Assembly (NCBI GenBank): GCA_002869685.1
Contig: PKUE01000146.1
Coordinates: 4,882-68,881 of the forward strand
Reading direction: 5' to 3'
Length of the DNA stretch: 64,000 bases
Source: Desulfuromonas sp.
GTDB taxonomy: Bacteria > Desulfobacterota > Desulfuromonadia > Desulfuromonadales > Desulfuromonadaceae
How positions within the stretch are numbered: position 1 is the stretch's first letter; every line of letters starts with the position of its first letter. Below the pieces are notes generated by a model, which did not search any database, was not told the origin of the DNA, and was given only the letters and a program-made list of their open reading frames with translations. This document shows positions 1 through 6,963 of the stretch, in pieces. The position numbers and the translations under genes were made by a program.

Positions 1-9
1 TTTACCCAT
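1..9 (-). CDS. 5' tip of the next chemotaxis-operon gene (MGK...), truncated by the window edge
   Basis: On the minus strand AAAGGA-taaaccg-ATG GGT AAA lies just downstream of cheX; only 3 codons are visible. Confidence 0.4.
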
Positions 10-39
10 CGGTTTATCCTTTCTTGTTGGCTTAATGTC

Positions 40-531
40 TTAGTCGGTTAAGAGTGTTGCAAGTGCGTCTTTGTCCGCCGAAGTCAGCTCGACAATGACA
101 GGCAGTTCATCTGCCAAGTAATAGAACTTGTGGCTCCCCGCCTCATTAGAAGGCTCACTTTCCTCTTCATTGACCTCGGGCAGGTTCAGAGAGAAGGTCT
201 GGTCTTCGGGCAGGACCTCTGTCATGAACAAACCTGCCAGGGTATTGAGGGTTTCGGCCAGAAGATCCTCTACCTGTTTAGGCGTGATTTCATCACGATC
301 TATGGTATAGACGGTTTCAACAACCTGCAGCAATAGTTCCTCATCCATCTCCAGGCGCATTTCCAACAGCAGCGGCTTGGTCACAAGCAGGGTGACACTC
401 AGCCGTTTACCGGTGATTTCTTCGATCTCTTCCTTGCTGCTGTCGTCTACACCAAGAAACGCCATGTTCTCGAGAGTTTCCCCCAGAACGGATGATATTT
501 TTTCCTGTAACTTCTGATTGAATTCTTCCAT
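40..531 (-). CDS. cheX: CheX-family chemotaxis phosphatase-like protein
   Basis: 163 aa, 'VLGETLENMAF...LAETLNTLAG' resembles the CheC/CheX ExxN pattern; last visible gene of the che operon. Confidence 0.65.
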   Translation of the reverse strand: MEEFNQKLQEKISSVLGETLENMAFLGVDDSSKEEIEEITGKRLSVTLLVTKPLLLEMRLEMDEELLLQVVETVYTIDRDEITPKQVEDLLAETLNTLAGLFMTEVLPEDQTFSLNLPEVNEEESEPSNEAGSHKFYYLADELPVIVELTSADKDALATLLTD

Positions 532-532
532 A

Positions 533-916
533 TCAGTCTTCCTCCGATTCCAGGAATGGGGTCAGAACTTCACTGAGGATTGCCGGATTTACGGGTTTAT
601 TAACCACAGAAAACGCTCCCATGTCGAGCAATTCCTGTGACTTCGCCGGGTTGCCTGCGCTGGTGATGATCAAAACCGGCATATCAGTAAGCTTGGGACT
701 GGCTTTGACCCATTTGAGCAGGGCTTCGCCGTCCATCACCGGCATATTCAGATCACTGACGAGAAGGTCTGTCGGCTCCTGCTTGACCAGCGCCAGGGCT
801 TCTTTGCCGTTTTCCGCCTCGGCAAATTCAGCATCCATCAGACCGACAATTTCCAGGCATCGCCGGATCATCATGCGAGCGGTGGAGGAATCGTCAGCGA
901 TAACTATCCTTTTCAT
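533..916 (-). CDS. cheY: Single-domain response regulator (CheY-like)
   Basis: IADDS, LVSDLNMPVMDG (phospho-Asp), ITS and NKP receiver motifs; 127 aa. Confidence 0.9.
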   Translation of the reverse strand: MKRIVIADDSSTARMMIRRCLEIVGLMDAEFAEAENGKEALALVKQEPTDLLVSDLNMPVMDGEALLKWVKASPKLTDMPVLIITSAGNPAKSQELLDMGAFSVVNKPVNPAILSEVLTPFLESEED

Positions 917-1791
917 AGGGATGTCTCCTTTGTATCAGACATTGCGCTGTCGAGCGTATCGAATGCCTCGTTAACTTCAAGCATAACAGATGCAATTTGC
1001 TCTGACGTTAAATCAAAATATTCAGTGTAGTTTTTATTAAGATGATATTGCAATGAGTCGGAAGCTTGACTACCACACATCATGGCAATAATGCAACCGA
1101 GGTGCACGGCGTACACCAGCAGTTTGTATTCCTCCGGCGCCTCATCCGGACGGTGATGATAGCGAATGGCCATTTGCAGGCTTTCAGGCAATTCCCAATT
1201 CTTGGCCAATACATAACCGGCTTCGGTATGGTCAATGCCCAACAGGTCACGCTCTCCGGCCAGATAGTCGCTGACTTCGTGGCTGTCAATCCCGACCAGA
1301 ACTTCGTTGGCCGTTTTACCGAGAAAGTCGGATAGGACCGCTTTGCCCACCGCATGAAGTATGCCTGCGGTAAAGGCCAAATCTGGACTCAGGGGTTCTT
1401 TGGCAAAGCGGGCAATTTCGCGTGCGGCAATCGCGGTGCGCAGGTCATGGTTCCACAGTTCACTCTTGGGACCCTCATAGCCTGCAAGTTCCTTGTGGAA
1501 CAGAGCCGAGGCACTGTCTCCAAGGGCGATTCCGGCCACCATGCGTTCTCCCAGATAGGAGACCGCCCGGTCGATGGTGGTCACCTCATGCGCCAGACCA
1601 TAGGCGACAGAGTTGACAATTTTAAGAACGCGCGCCGTCAGGGACGCGTCGCATTTGACAATGTCGATCACTTCCTTGATGTCGTGGTCTTCCTGCGACG
1701 TAATCTGCAGCAGTCGGGAAGCACTGGGAGATAACAGAGGAACTTCTTCAATCGCTTTAAGGATCTCTTCTTTACTGGCACGTTGTTTCAT
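913..1791 (-). CDS. HDOD domain protein (degenerate HD motif)
   Basis: 'VPLLSPSASRLL...DASLTARVLKIVNS...IDRAVSYLG...GILHAVGK...GIDHTEAG..LAKNWELP...IRYHH'; start reassigned to the ATG at 1791 behind a GGAGGG RBS. Confidence 0.9.
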   Translation of the reverse strand: MKQRASKEEILKAIEEVPLLSPSASRLLQITSQEDHDIKEVIDIVKCDASLTARVLKIVNSVAYGLAHEVTTIDRAVSYLGERMVAGIALGDSASALFHKELAGYEGPKSELWNHDLRTAIAAREIARFAKEPLSPDLAFTAGILHAVGKAVLSDFLGKTANEVLVGIDSHEVSDYLAGERDLLGIDHTEAGYVLAKNWELPESLQMAIRYHHRPDEAPEEYKLLVYAVHLGCIIAMMCGSQASDSLQYHLNKNYTEYFDLTSEQIASVMLEVNEAFDTLDSAMSDTKETSL

Positions 1792-1804
1792 CTGTCCCTC
1801 CCTT

Positions 1805-2293
1805 CTATAGTTTCCACTCGCCACGTCCGGGCGAGGATAAAACAACTTCTCCTGTGGTGACGGAAACCGAAACCGTTCGGCTGTATGTCGCCCCGAGATC
1901 TTCGGCAACAGGTCCAAGAGCGTATTTCCACAAGATTTTCTTAACGGCAAGCGCATTGCGTTTACCAATGTTGAACGTGTTGTTGGGGTCCATGATTTTG
2001 GCACCACCCGCCAGCTTGACAATGAAACCGCGACCTCGTGGGTCGCAGCCCATGCCAGCCATCTGTTGCATCAGGGCCGGTATGCCGGTATCGGCAAAGT
2101 AGCCTGGACGGGTTTTGACTTTTTCGGGGTTGATCTTGGATTCCGGCAGCGCGACGTGGACCATGCCGACGGTGCGTGTTTTCGGGCACATCAGAATGAC
2201 CGCGACACAGGATCCGAGTGCGAATGTTTTTACAATATCACCGGAGGTCCGTGAGGCCCCGAATTCGCCAACCCCTAGAATCAAGTTGCTCAT
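1805..2293 (-). CDS. cheD: Chemoreceptor glutamine deamidase CheD
   Basis: TFALGSCVAV (Cys), GMVHVALP (His), YFADTGI, KLAGGA, IGKRN, EDLG motifs. Confidence 0.95.
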   Translation of the reverse strand: MSNLILGVGEFGASRTSGDIVKTFALGSCVAVILMCPKTRTVGMVHVALPESKINPEKVKTRPGYFADTGIPALMQQMAGMGCDPRGRGFIVKLAGGAKIMDPNNTFNIGKRNALAVKKILWKYALGPVAEDLGATYSRTVSVSVTTGEVVLSSPGRGEWKL

Positions 2294-2298
2294 AGTGT

Positions 2299-3354
2299 TT
2301 ACTTCTCCGTCAGCAGGGAAATGACCTGGGCCGCAATGCGGTCGATCGGAAACAGTTTTTCTGCTCCCCCTCTTTCGTAGGCGACTTTCGGCATGCCAAA
2401 AACGACCGAAGAAGCCTCATCCTGGGCAATGTTGCGTGCTCCTGCGTTTTTCATGGCCAGCATTCCGTCGGCTCCATCCGATCCCATGCCCGTTAACATG
2501 ACGCCGACGGCGTTGCGCCCGACCTGCTTGGCAACGGAATGCATCATGACATCGACGGAAGGGCAGTGGCCACTGACTTTTTCGCCCGGAGCACAACGGA
2601 CCTGGTAAATGCCTCCCGAGCGGATAACTTCCATCTGCATGGCACCGGGGGCGACCAGGATCCGTCCGGGGCGGATACGGTCACCGTTTTCCGCCTCTTT
2701 AACTTCCATGGCACACAGTTGATTGAGGCGCTCGGAAAACATTTTGGTGAATCCGGGGGGCATGTGCTGAACAATCACCACACCGGGCATGGTGGCCGGA
2801 AACTGGGTGACCACCTTCTTGATGGCCTCGGTACCTCCGGTTGATGCGCCGATGGCGACCACTTTGTCCGTTGATTCGGCCAGGGCTCTTGACGCGCCCG
2901 ATGTTATCGAACTGCGTGCTTCGACCCGCTTGCCTTTCCAGTGGGAAACGTTGGCTGTGGAGGCAATCTTGACCTTGGCGCGAAGCTCCATCAGCATGGC
3001 GTTGAGCCCCTGGGCAACATTGGTCGTCGGTTTGGTGACAAAGTCAACGGCACCGGCTTCAAGAGCCTCCATGGTGATCTGCTTCCCTTTCTGAGTCAGG
3101 GAGCTGACCATGACGATGGGCAACGGATATTGAGGCATGAGTTTGCGCAGAAATTCCACGCCGTCCATGCGGGGCATCTCGACATCCAGGGTCAAAACGT
3201 CCGGCTTGAGTTGAACGATTTTATCCCGAGCCATATAGGGGTCGGCCGCTGAGCCCACGACTTCAATCCCCGGATCCATCGCCAGTCCGTTAGTCAGAAT
3301 CTGGCGGACAAGGGCGGAGTCGTCAACGACAAGAACACGTACCGGCTTAGCCAT
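2299..3354 (-). CDS. cheB: Chemotaxis response regulator methylesterase CheB
   Basis: N-terminal receiver plus GASTGG, VQHMP, HCPSVD, LTGMGSDG. Confidence 0.97.
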   Translation of the reverse strand: MAKPVRVLVVDDSALVRQILTNGLAMDPGIEVVGSAADPYMARDKIVQLKPDVLTLDVEMPRMDGVEFLRKLMPQYPLPIVMVSSLTQKGKQITMEALEAGAVDFVTKPTTNVAQGLNAMLMELRAKVKIASTANVSHWKGKRVEARSSITSGASRALAESTDKVVAIGASTGGTEAIKKVVTQFPATMPGVVIVQHMPPGFTKMFSERLNQLCAMEVKEAENGDRIRPGRILVAPGAMQMEVIRSGGIYQVRCAPGEKVSGHCPSVDVMMHSVAKQVGRNAVGVMLTGMGSDGADGMLAMKNAGARNIAQDEASSVVFGMPKVAYERGGAEKLFPIDRIAAQVISLLTEK

Positions 3355-4235
3355 TACAAGGTTCCTTTTTGATAAGCCGCAGGCATGAGATAACGGAAGA
3401 ACTGGCTGTCTCGGCCCAGAGTCTCCGAATGGCCGATGAAGAAGTAGCCATCAGGTTCCATGCTGCGGTGAAAACGTTGCACAAGAGCGTTACGGGTCTG
3501 TTGGTCAAAGTAAATCATGACATTGCGGCAGAAGATGATCTGAAACGGCTTCTTGAACGGAAATGTCGTATTCATCAGATTGAAGCGACGAAATGTCACT
3601 TCCTTGCGAATTTTGTCGATCACCTGCATCCGTCCGTCGGGCAGGCGGGTAAAATATTTTTTTTGCAGATTGTCGGGCAGCGATGCCACTTTGTCGGCAG
3701 AGTAGATCCCCTGACTTGCGGTTGAGAGCACCCGTTCGGAGATGTCTGTCGCCAGAATGCCGGCATCCCACTGACCATATTGGGCGCCGAGAAATTCGTG
3801 CATCAGCATCAGCAGCGTGTAGGGCTCTTCACCGGTGGAACATCCGGCACACCAGACCCTCAGGTCTTTGCGTTTTTGCTGCTCAAGCTTTTGACACACG
3901 GCGGGCAGCGCCGTTTTGACAAAGTAGTCAAAATGATCCTTCTCGCGATTAAAATAGGTGTAGTTCGTTGACACCATGTTAATCAAATCGCTGACCGCTT
4001 TGCCCGAGGTATCTGTTTTCAGGTAGTCATAATAATCCTGAAACGTACCGATTTTGTTGGTGCGCAACATCTTCTGCAGGCGTCCGACCAGCAGTGAGCG
4101 TTTTTCATCCGTCAGATTGATGCCAAAACGATCGTAGATCAAACGACGCAGTGCGTTGAACTCTTCATCCGTAATGGTCATCATGGATGTGTTGCGGAGT
4201 GGCATGGTCGCGCCGTTATTGTTGTCAGGGGTCAT
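3354..4235 (-). CDS. cheR: Chemotaxis methyltransferase CheR
   Basis: TNYTYFNRE, VWCAGCSTGEEPY, ATDIS, IFCRNVMIYF, GHSE. Confidence 0.97.
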   Translation of the reverse strand: MTPDNNNGATMPLRNTSMMTITDEEFNALRRLIYDRFGINLTDEKRSLLVGRLQKMLRTNKIGTFQDYYDYLKTDTSGKAVSDLINMVSTNYTYFNREKDHFDYFVKTALPAVCQKLEQQKRKDLRVWCAGCSTGEEPYTLLMLMHEFLGAQYGQWDAGILATDISERVLSTASQGIYSADKVASLPDNLQKKYFTRLPDGRMQVIDKIRKEVTFRRFNLMNTTFPFKKPFQIIFCRNVMIYFDQQTRNALVQRFHRSMEPDGYFFIGHSETLGRDSQFFRYLMPAAYQKGTL

Positions 4236-4251
4236 AAAAACCTCAGTCGGG

Positions 4252-6564
4252 TTATTTCAACTCAACAAGATTGCCAACATCAAGAATGAGACTGACATCG
4301 CCATTCCCAAGAATAGTACAGCCCGAGCAGCCGCGAACGTTGCCGATGTATTCGGACAGGCCTTTGATGACGGTCTGCTGTTGACCGAGGATTTCGTCGA
4401 CCATCAGGCAGATGCTACGTCCCTGGTATTCCAGAACGATCAAAATAGAGTCAACCAGTTCAGAGTGCTCAGGCTGGGTTTCCAGGAGCTCATGCAGGCG
4501 TACGACAGGGAAGAAGCTCTCGCGAACACGAACCAACTCTTCATTGTCTGGTGTGACTGTGATCGCATCCGGTTGCGGGCGGAACGCTTCTTTGATCGAC
4601 AGGATCGGCACGATGCAACGGGCTTCGCCTACCCGGACCAACATGCCATCAATGATGGCCAGGGTCAGAGGAATGCGCAATTTGATCTTGGTGCCCTGGC
4701 CGGGGATGCTATCGACGTCAACTTTACCTTTGATTTTCTCCAGGTTCTGTTTGACGACGTCCATCCCGACGCCACGGCCCGAAATGTCAGTGATCTTGTC
4801 CGCTGTCGAGAAGCCGGGTTGGAAAATCAGGTTGTAGATTTCCTTATCGGTGAGGTCGGAACCGTCACCGTCAACCAGACCGTTGGTGATGGCTTTGGCG
4901 AGGATCTTTTCCTTGTTGAGTCCACGGCCATCGTCTTCCAGAGTGATCCAGACCTCTCCCTCCTCATGGCAGGCATTCAGACGGATGATGCCGGTTTCAC
5001 TCTTGCCGGCGGCCACGCGCTCTCCCGGGGGCTCCAGGCCATGGTCCATGGAGTTACGCAAAATGTGCACCAGTGGGTCGGTGATGGTTTCGATAACGGT
5101 TTTGTCCACCTCGGTGGATTCTCCGGACAGTTTGAGATCGACTTTTTTACCCGATTTGACCGACAGGTCATGGACCAGGCGAATCATGCGGCGGAACAGG
5201 CCAGACACCGGAATCATGCGGATGATCATCGCCATTTCCTGCAGTTCGCGGACCAGCTTGCCCATCTGTTGCGCTGCTTTGTTGAAACTTTCCAACTCCA
5301 ATCCTTCAAGGTCCGGATTGTGGATCAGCATGTTTTCGGCAATAACCAACTCGCCGATCAGATTGATCAGGTTGTCGAGTTTTTCAAGGTCAACGCGGAT
5401 ATCCTGGCGCTTGACCGCGGAGGCTTTCGGCTTCGATTTTGCCGCCGGTGCCGGTACGCTTTTCTTGACCTGACTCTGGCTGGACAGGGCTTCGTCAACC
5501 TGCTCCTTAGACGCCTTGCCCATTTCAACGATCAGGTCGCCGAGGGGTTTTTTCTGCTGGCTCAGGGCTTGGTTGACGGTTTCCTCATCGACAACGCCTT
5601 TTTCGACCAGAACCTCGCCGATACGCGGTGAGGGGAGTTGCTTGAGGGCTTCAATGTGGGTGTCGATATCCTCAATGACATCCTGGCCGTTTTCACCAAG
5701 TGAATTGAGGCCGTCCTTCAGCGCGTCGACGGACTGCAGTAAAACCTCAAAGGGGTTTTCTGTGGCAAATGAACCGCCGCTCTTGACGATATCAAGAACG
5801 TTTTCAATCTGGTGGCTGAGTCTTTCGAGGTTGCCGTAACCGAAAAAGCCACTATTCCCTTTGAAGCTGTGAATGCTGCGGAAGATGATGGCAACCTGGT
5901 CCTGGGTGTCTGGGTCTTTTTCCCACGACAAGAGGCCCTGTTCCGCTGCGTCGAGCAGCTCGTCCGCTTCCTGAACAAAGCGTTCGACCATTTCACTTGT
6001 GATTTCAAGGGTCAGGTCGTCATTGACTTCGATCTGGCTGGGATCTAATTTCTCTTCTTTAGCTTCGCCAGGAGTCTCATCGGCTGCTTCTTCGGTTGAA
6101 GCAGTGGGGGGCTCCTCCACCGTTTCGCCAGTGGTGGGTTCGTCAGCGGCGTCATCTTGTGGTGCCTCCATGGCTTCATGGAACTGTGCCGCCATGGCGA
6201 TACCCTGTTCCTCCATGGCTTCATCGTTGAAGTGCTCGTCGACGACATCGAGGGCTTCTTTGGTGAAGTCGCAACATTCGCAGAGCAGAGTGACGTGCTC
6301 GGGCAGCAGAGTCATTTTGCCGGATCGAACCAGATCAAGGAGGCTTTCCGCTGCGTGGGCCACACTTGTGATGTGGTTGAATTCGAGGAAGCCCGCACTG
6401 CCTTTCATTGAGTGGAACAGCCGGAAGACCGCGTTGATGGTCTCATTGTCGGTGTTTTGTCCCAGCTCAATGATCGTCGGTTCAAGTTGCTCGATCATGT
6501 CGCGGCTTTCCTGGACAAATTCCTGGATAATTTCTATTTGATCACTGCTCAGCTCGTCGGTCAT
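4252..6564 (-). CDS. cheA: Chemotaxis histidine kinase CheA with two Hpt domains and an MshEN-like insert
   Basis: FHSMKGSAG and IHSFKGNSG Hpt motifs; IRVDLEKLDNLINLIGELVI dimerisation domain; HILRNSMDHG, DDGRG, GFSTA..SGRGVGMDVV; C-terminal CheW-like P5; start reassigned to the ATG at 6564. Confidence 0.97.
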   Translation of the reverse strand: MTDELSSDQIEIIQEFVQESRDMIEQLEPTIIELGQNTDNETINAVFRLFHSMKGSAGFLEFNHITSVAHAAESLLDLVRSGKMTLLPEHVTLLCECCDFTKEALDVVDEHFNDEAMEEQGIAMAAQFHEAMEAPQDDAADEPTTGETVEEPPTASTEEAADETPGEAKEEKLDPSQIEVNDDLTLEITSEMVERFVQEADELLDAAEQGLLSWEKDPDTQDQVAIIFRSIHSFKGNSGFFGYGNLERLSHQIENVLDIVKSGGSFATENPFEVLLQSVDALKDGLNSLGENGQDVIEDIDTHIEALKQLPSPRIGEVLVEKGVVDEETVNQALSQQKKPLGDLIVEMGKASKEQVDEALSSQSQVKKSVPAPAAKSKPKASAVKRQDIRVDLEKLDNLINLIGELVIAENMLIHNPDLEGLELESFNKAAQQMGKLVRELQEMAMIIRMIPVSGLFRRMIRLVHDLSVKSGKKVDLKLSGESTEVDKTVIETITDPLVHILRNSMDHGLEPPGERVAAGKSETGIIRLNACHEEGEVWITLEDDGRGLNKEKILAKAITNGLVDGDGSDLTDKEIYNLIFQPGFSTADKITDISGRGVGMDVVKQNLEKIKGKVDVDSIPGQGTKIKLRIPLTLAIIDGMLVRVGEARCIVPILSIKEAFRPQPDAITVTPDNEELVRVRESFFPVVRLHELLETQPEHSELVDSILIVLEYQGRSICLMVDEILGQQQTVIKGLSEYIGNVRGCSGCTILGNGDVSLILDVGNLVELK

Positions 6565-6718
6565 GGCGTCTTCAGTTCTCCGTTCTAGAGGTAGCGGAAC
6601 ATAGGGTGAAGCAAAAAAGATTCTCTTGCAAAGTTTGGCGGGTGTTGAGCCCGCTGTCAACAGGCCATTTCATTAAAAAATGAAAACATATTGGTCTGTG
6701 ATGCATATTAAGAAACAG

Positions 6719-6752
6719 TCAGTAATTATAATGTAAAAAAGGAAATTACTGA
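6719..6752. repeat. 9-bp perfect inverted repeat in the divergent che/flagellar promoter region
   Basis: TCAGTAATT-N16-AATTACTGA. Confidence 0.55.
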
Positions 6753-6773
6753 ACCGCTTTTTCAGGAAAGTCT

Positions 6774-6787
6774 GTCAAAAAAATGAC
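6774..6787. promoter_or_regulatory. Palindromic enhancer-binding-protein site (FleQ-box-like)
   Basis: GTCAAAAAAATGAC matches the Pseudomonas FleQ consensus GTCAATAAATTGAC; about 100 bp upstream of a sigma54 promoter. Confidence 0.55.
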
Positions 6788-6882
6788 TTTTCTGGCTGTT
6801 TTGTCAGGAAAATATCTTCTGACGTGTTCGCCCTTCCTCTTTTATTTGACCGGGAGAGCCTGAAACCGTTGTTTAATGATGA

Positions 6883-6899
6883 TGGTGCGTTTTTTGCAT
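6883..6899 (+). promoter_or_regulatory. Sigma54 (RpoN) -24/-12 promoter of the basal-body operon
   Basis: TGGTGCGTTTTTTGCAT, GG-N10-GC spacing, 65 bp before the TPR gene. Confidence 0.75.
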
Positions 6900-6963
6900 T
6901 TAGTTGAGGATCTAGACGTAATAAAAGTCGTTTTGACCTTTTGCCGTTGAATATGGTGGTCCA

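Noticed and set aside
1792-2022. 77-codon N-terminal extension of the HDOD ORF
   Set aside because: Overlaps cheD in another frame; a good RBS precedes the ATG at 1791
4156-5631. 491-aa plus-strand ORF
   Set aside because: Entirely antisense to cheA, no recognisable motifs; typical shadow ORF of a codon-biased gene
1-6564. Apparent absence of cheW and MCP genes from the che operon
   Set aside because: The operon continues past position 1, so absence cannot be judged
6651-6667. Minus-strand GG-N10-GC (TGGCCTGTTGACAGCGG) as the che operon sigma54 promoter
   Set aside because: Poor -12 element (CAGC instead of TTGC); it could equally be a sigma70 -35 (TTGACA), so it is unresolved
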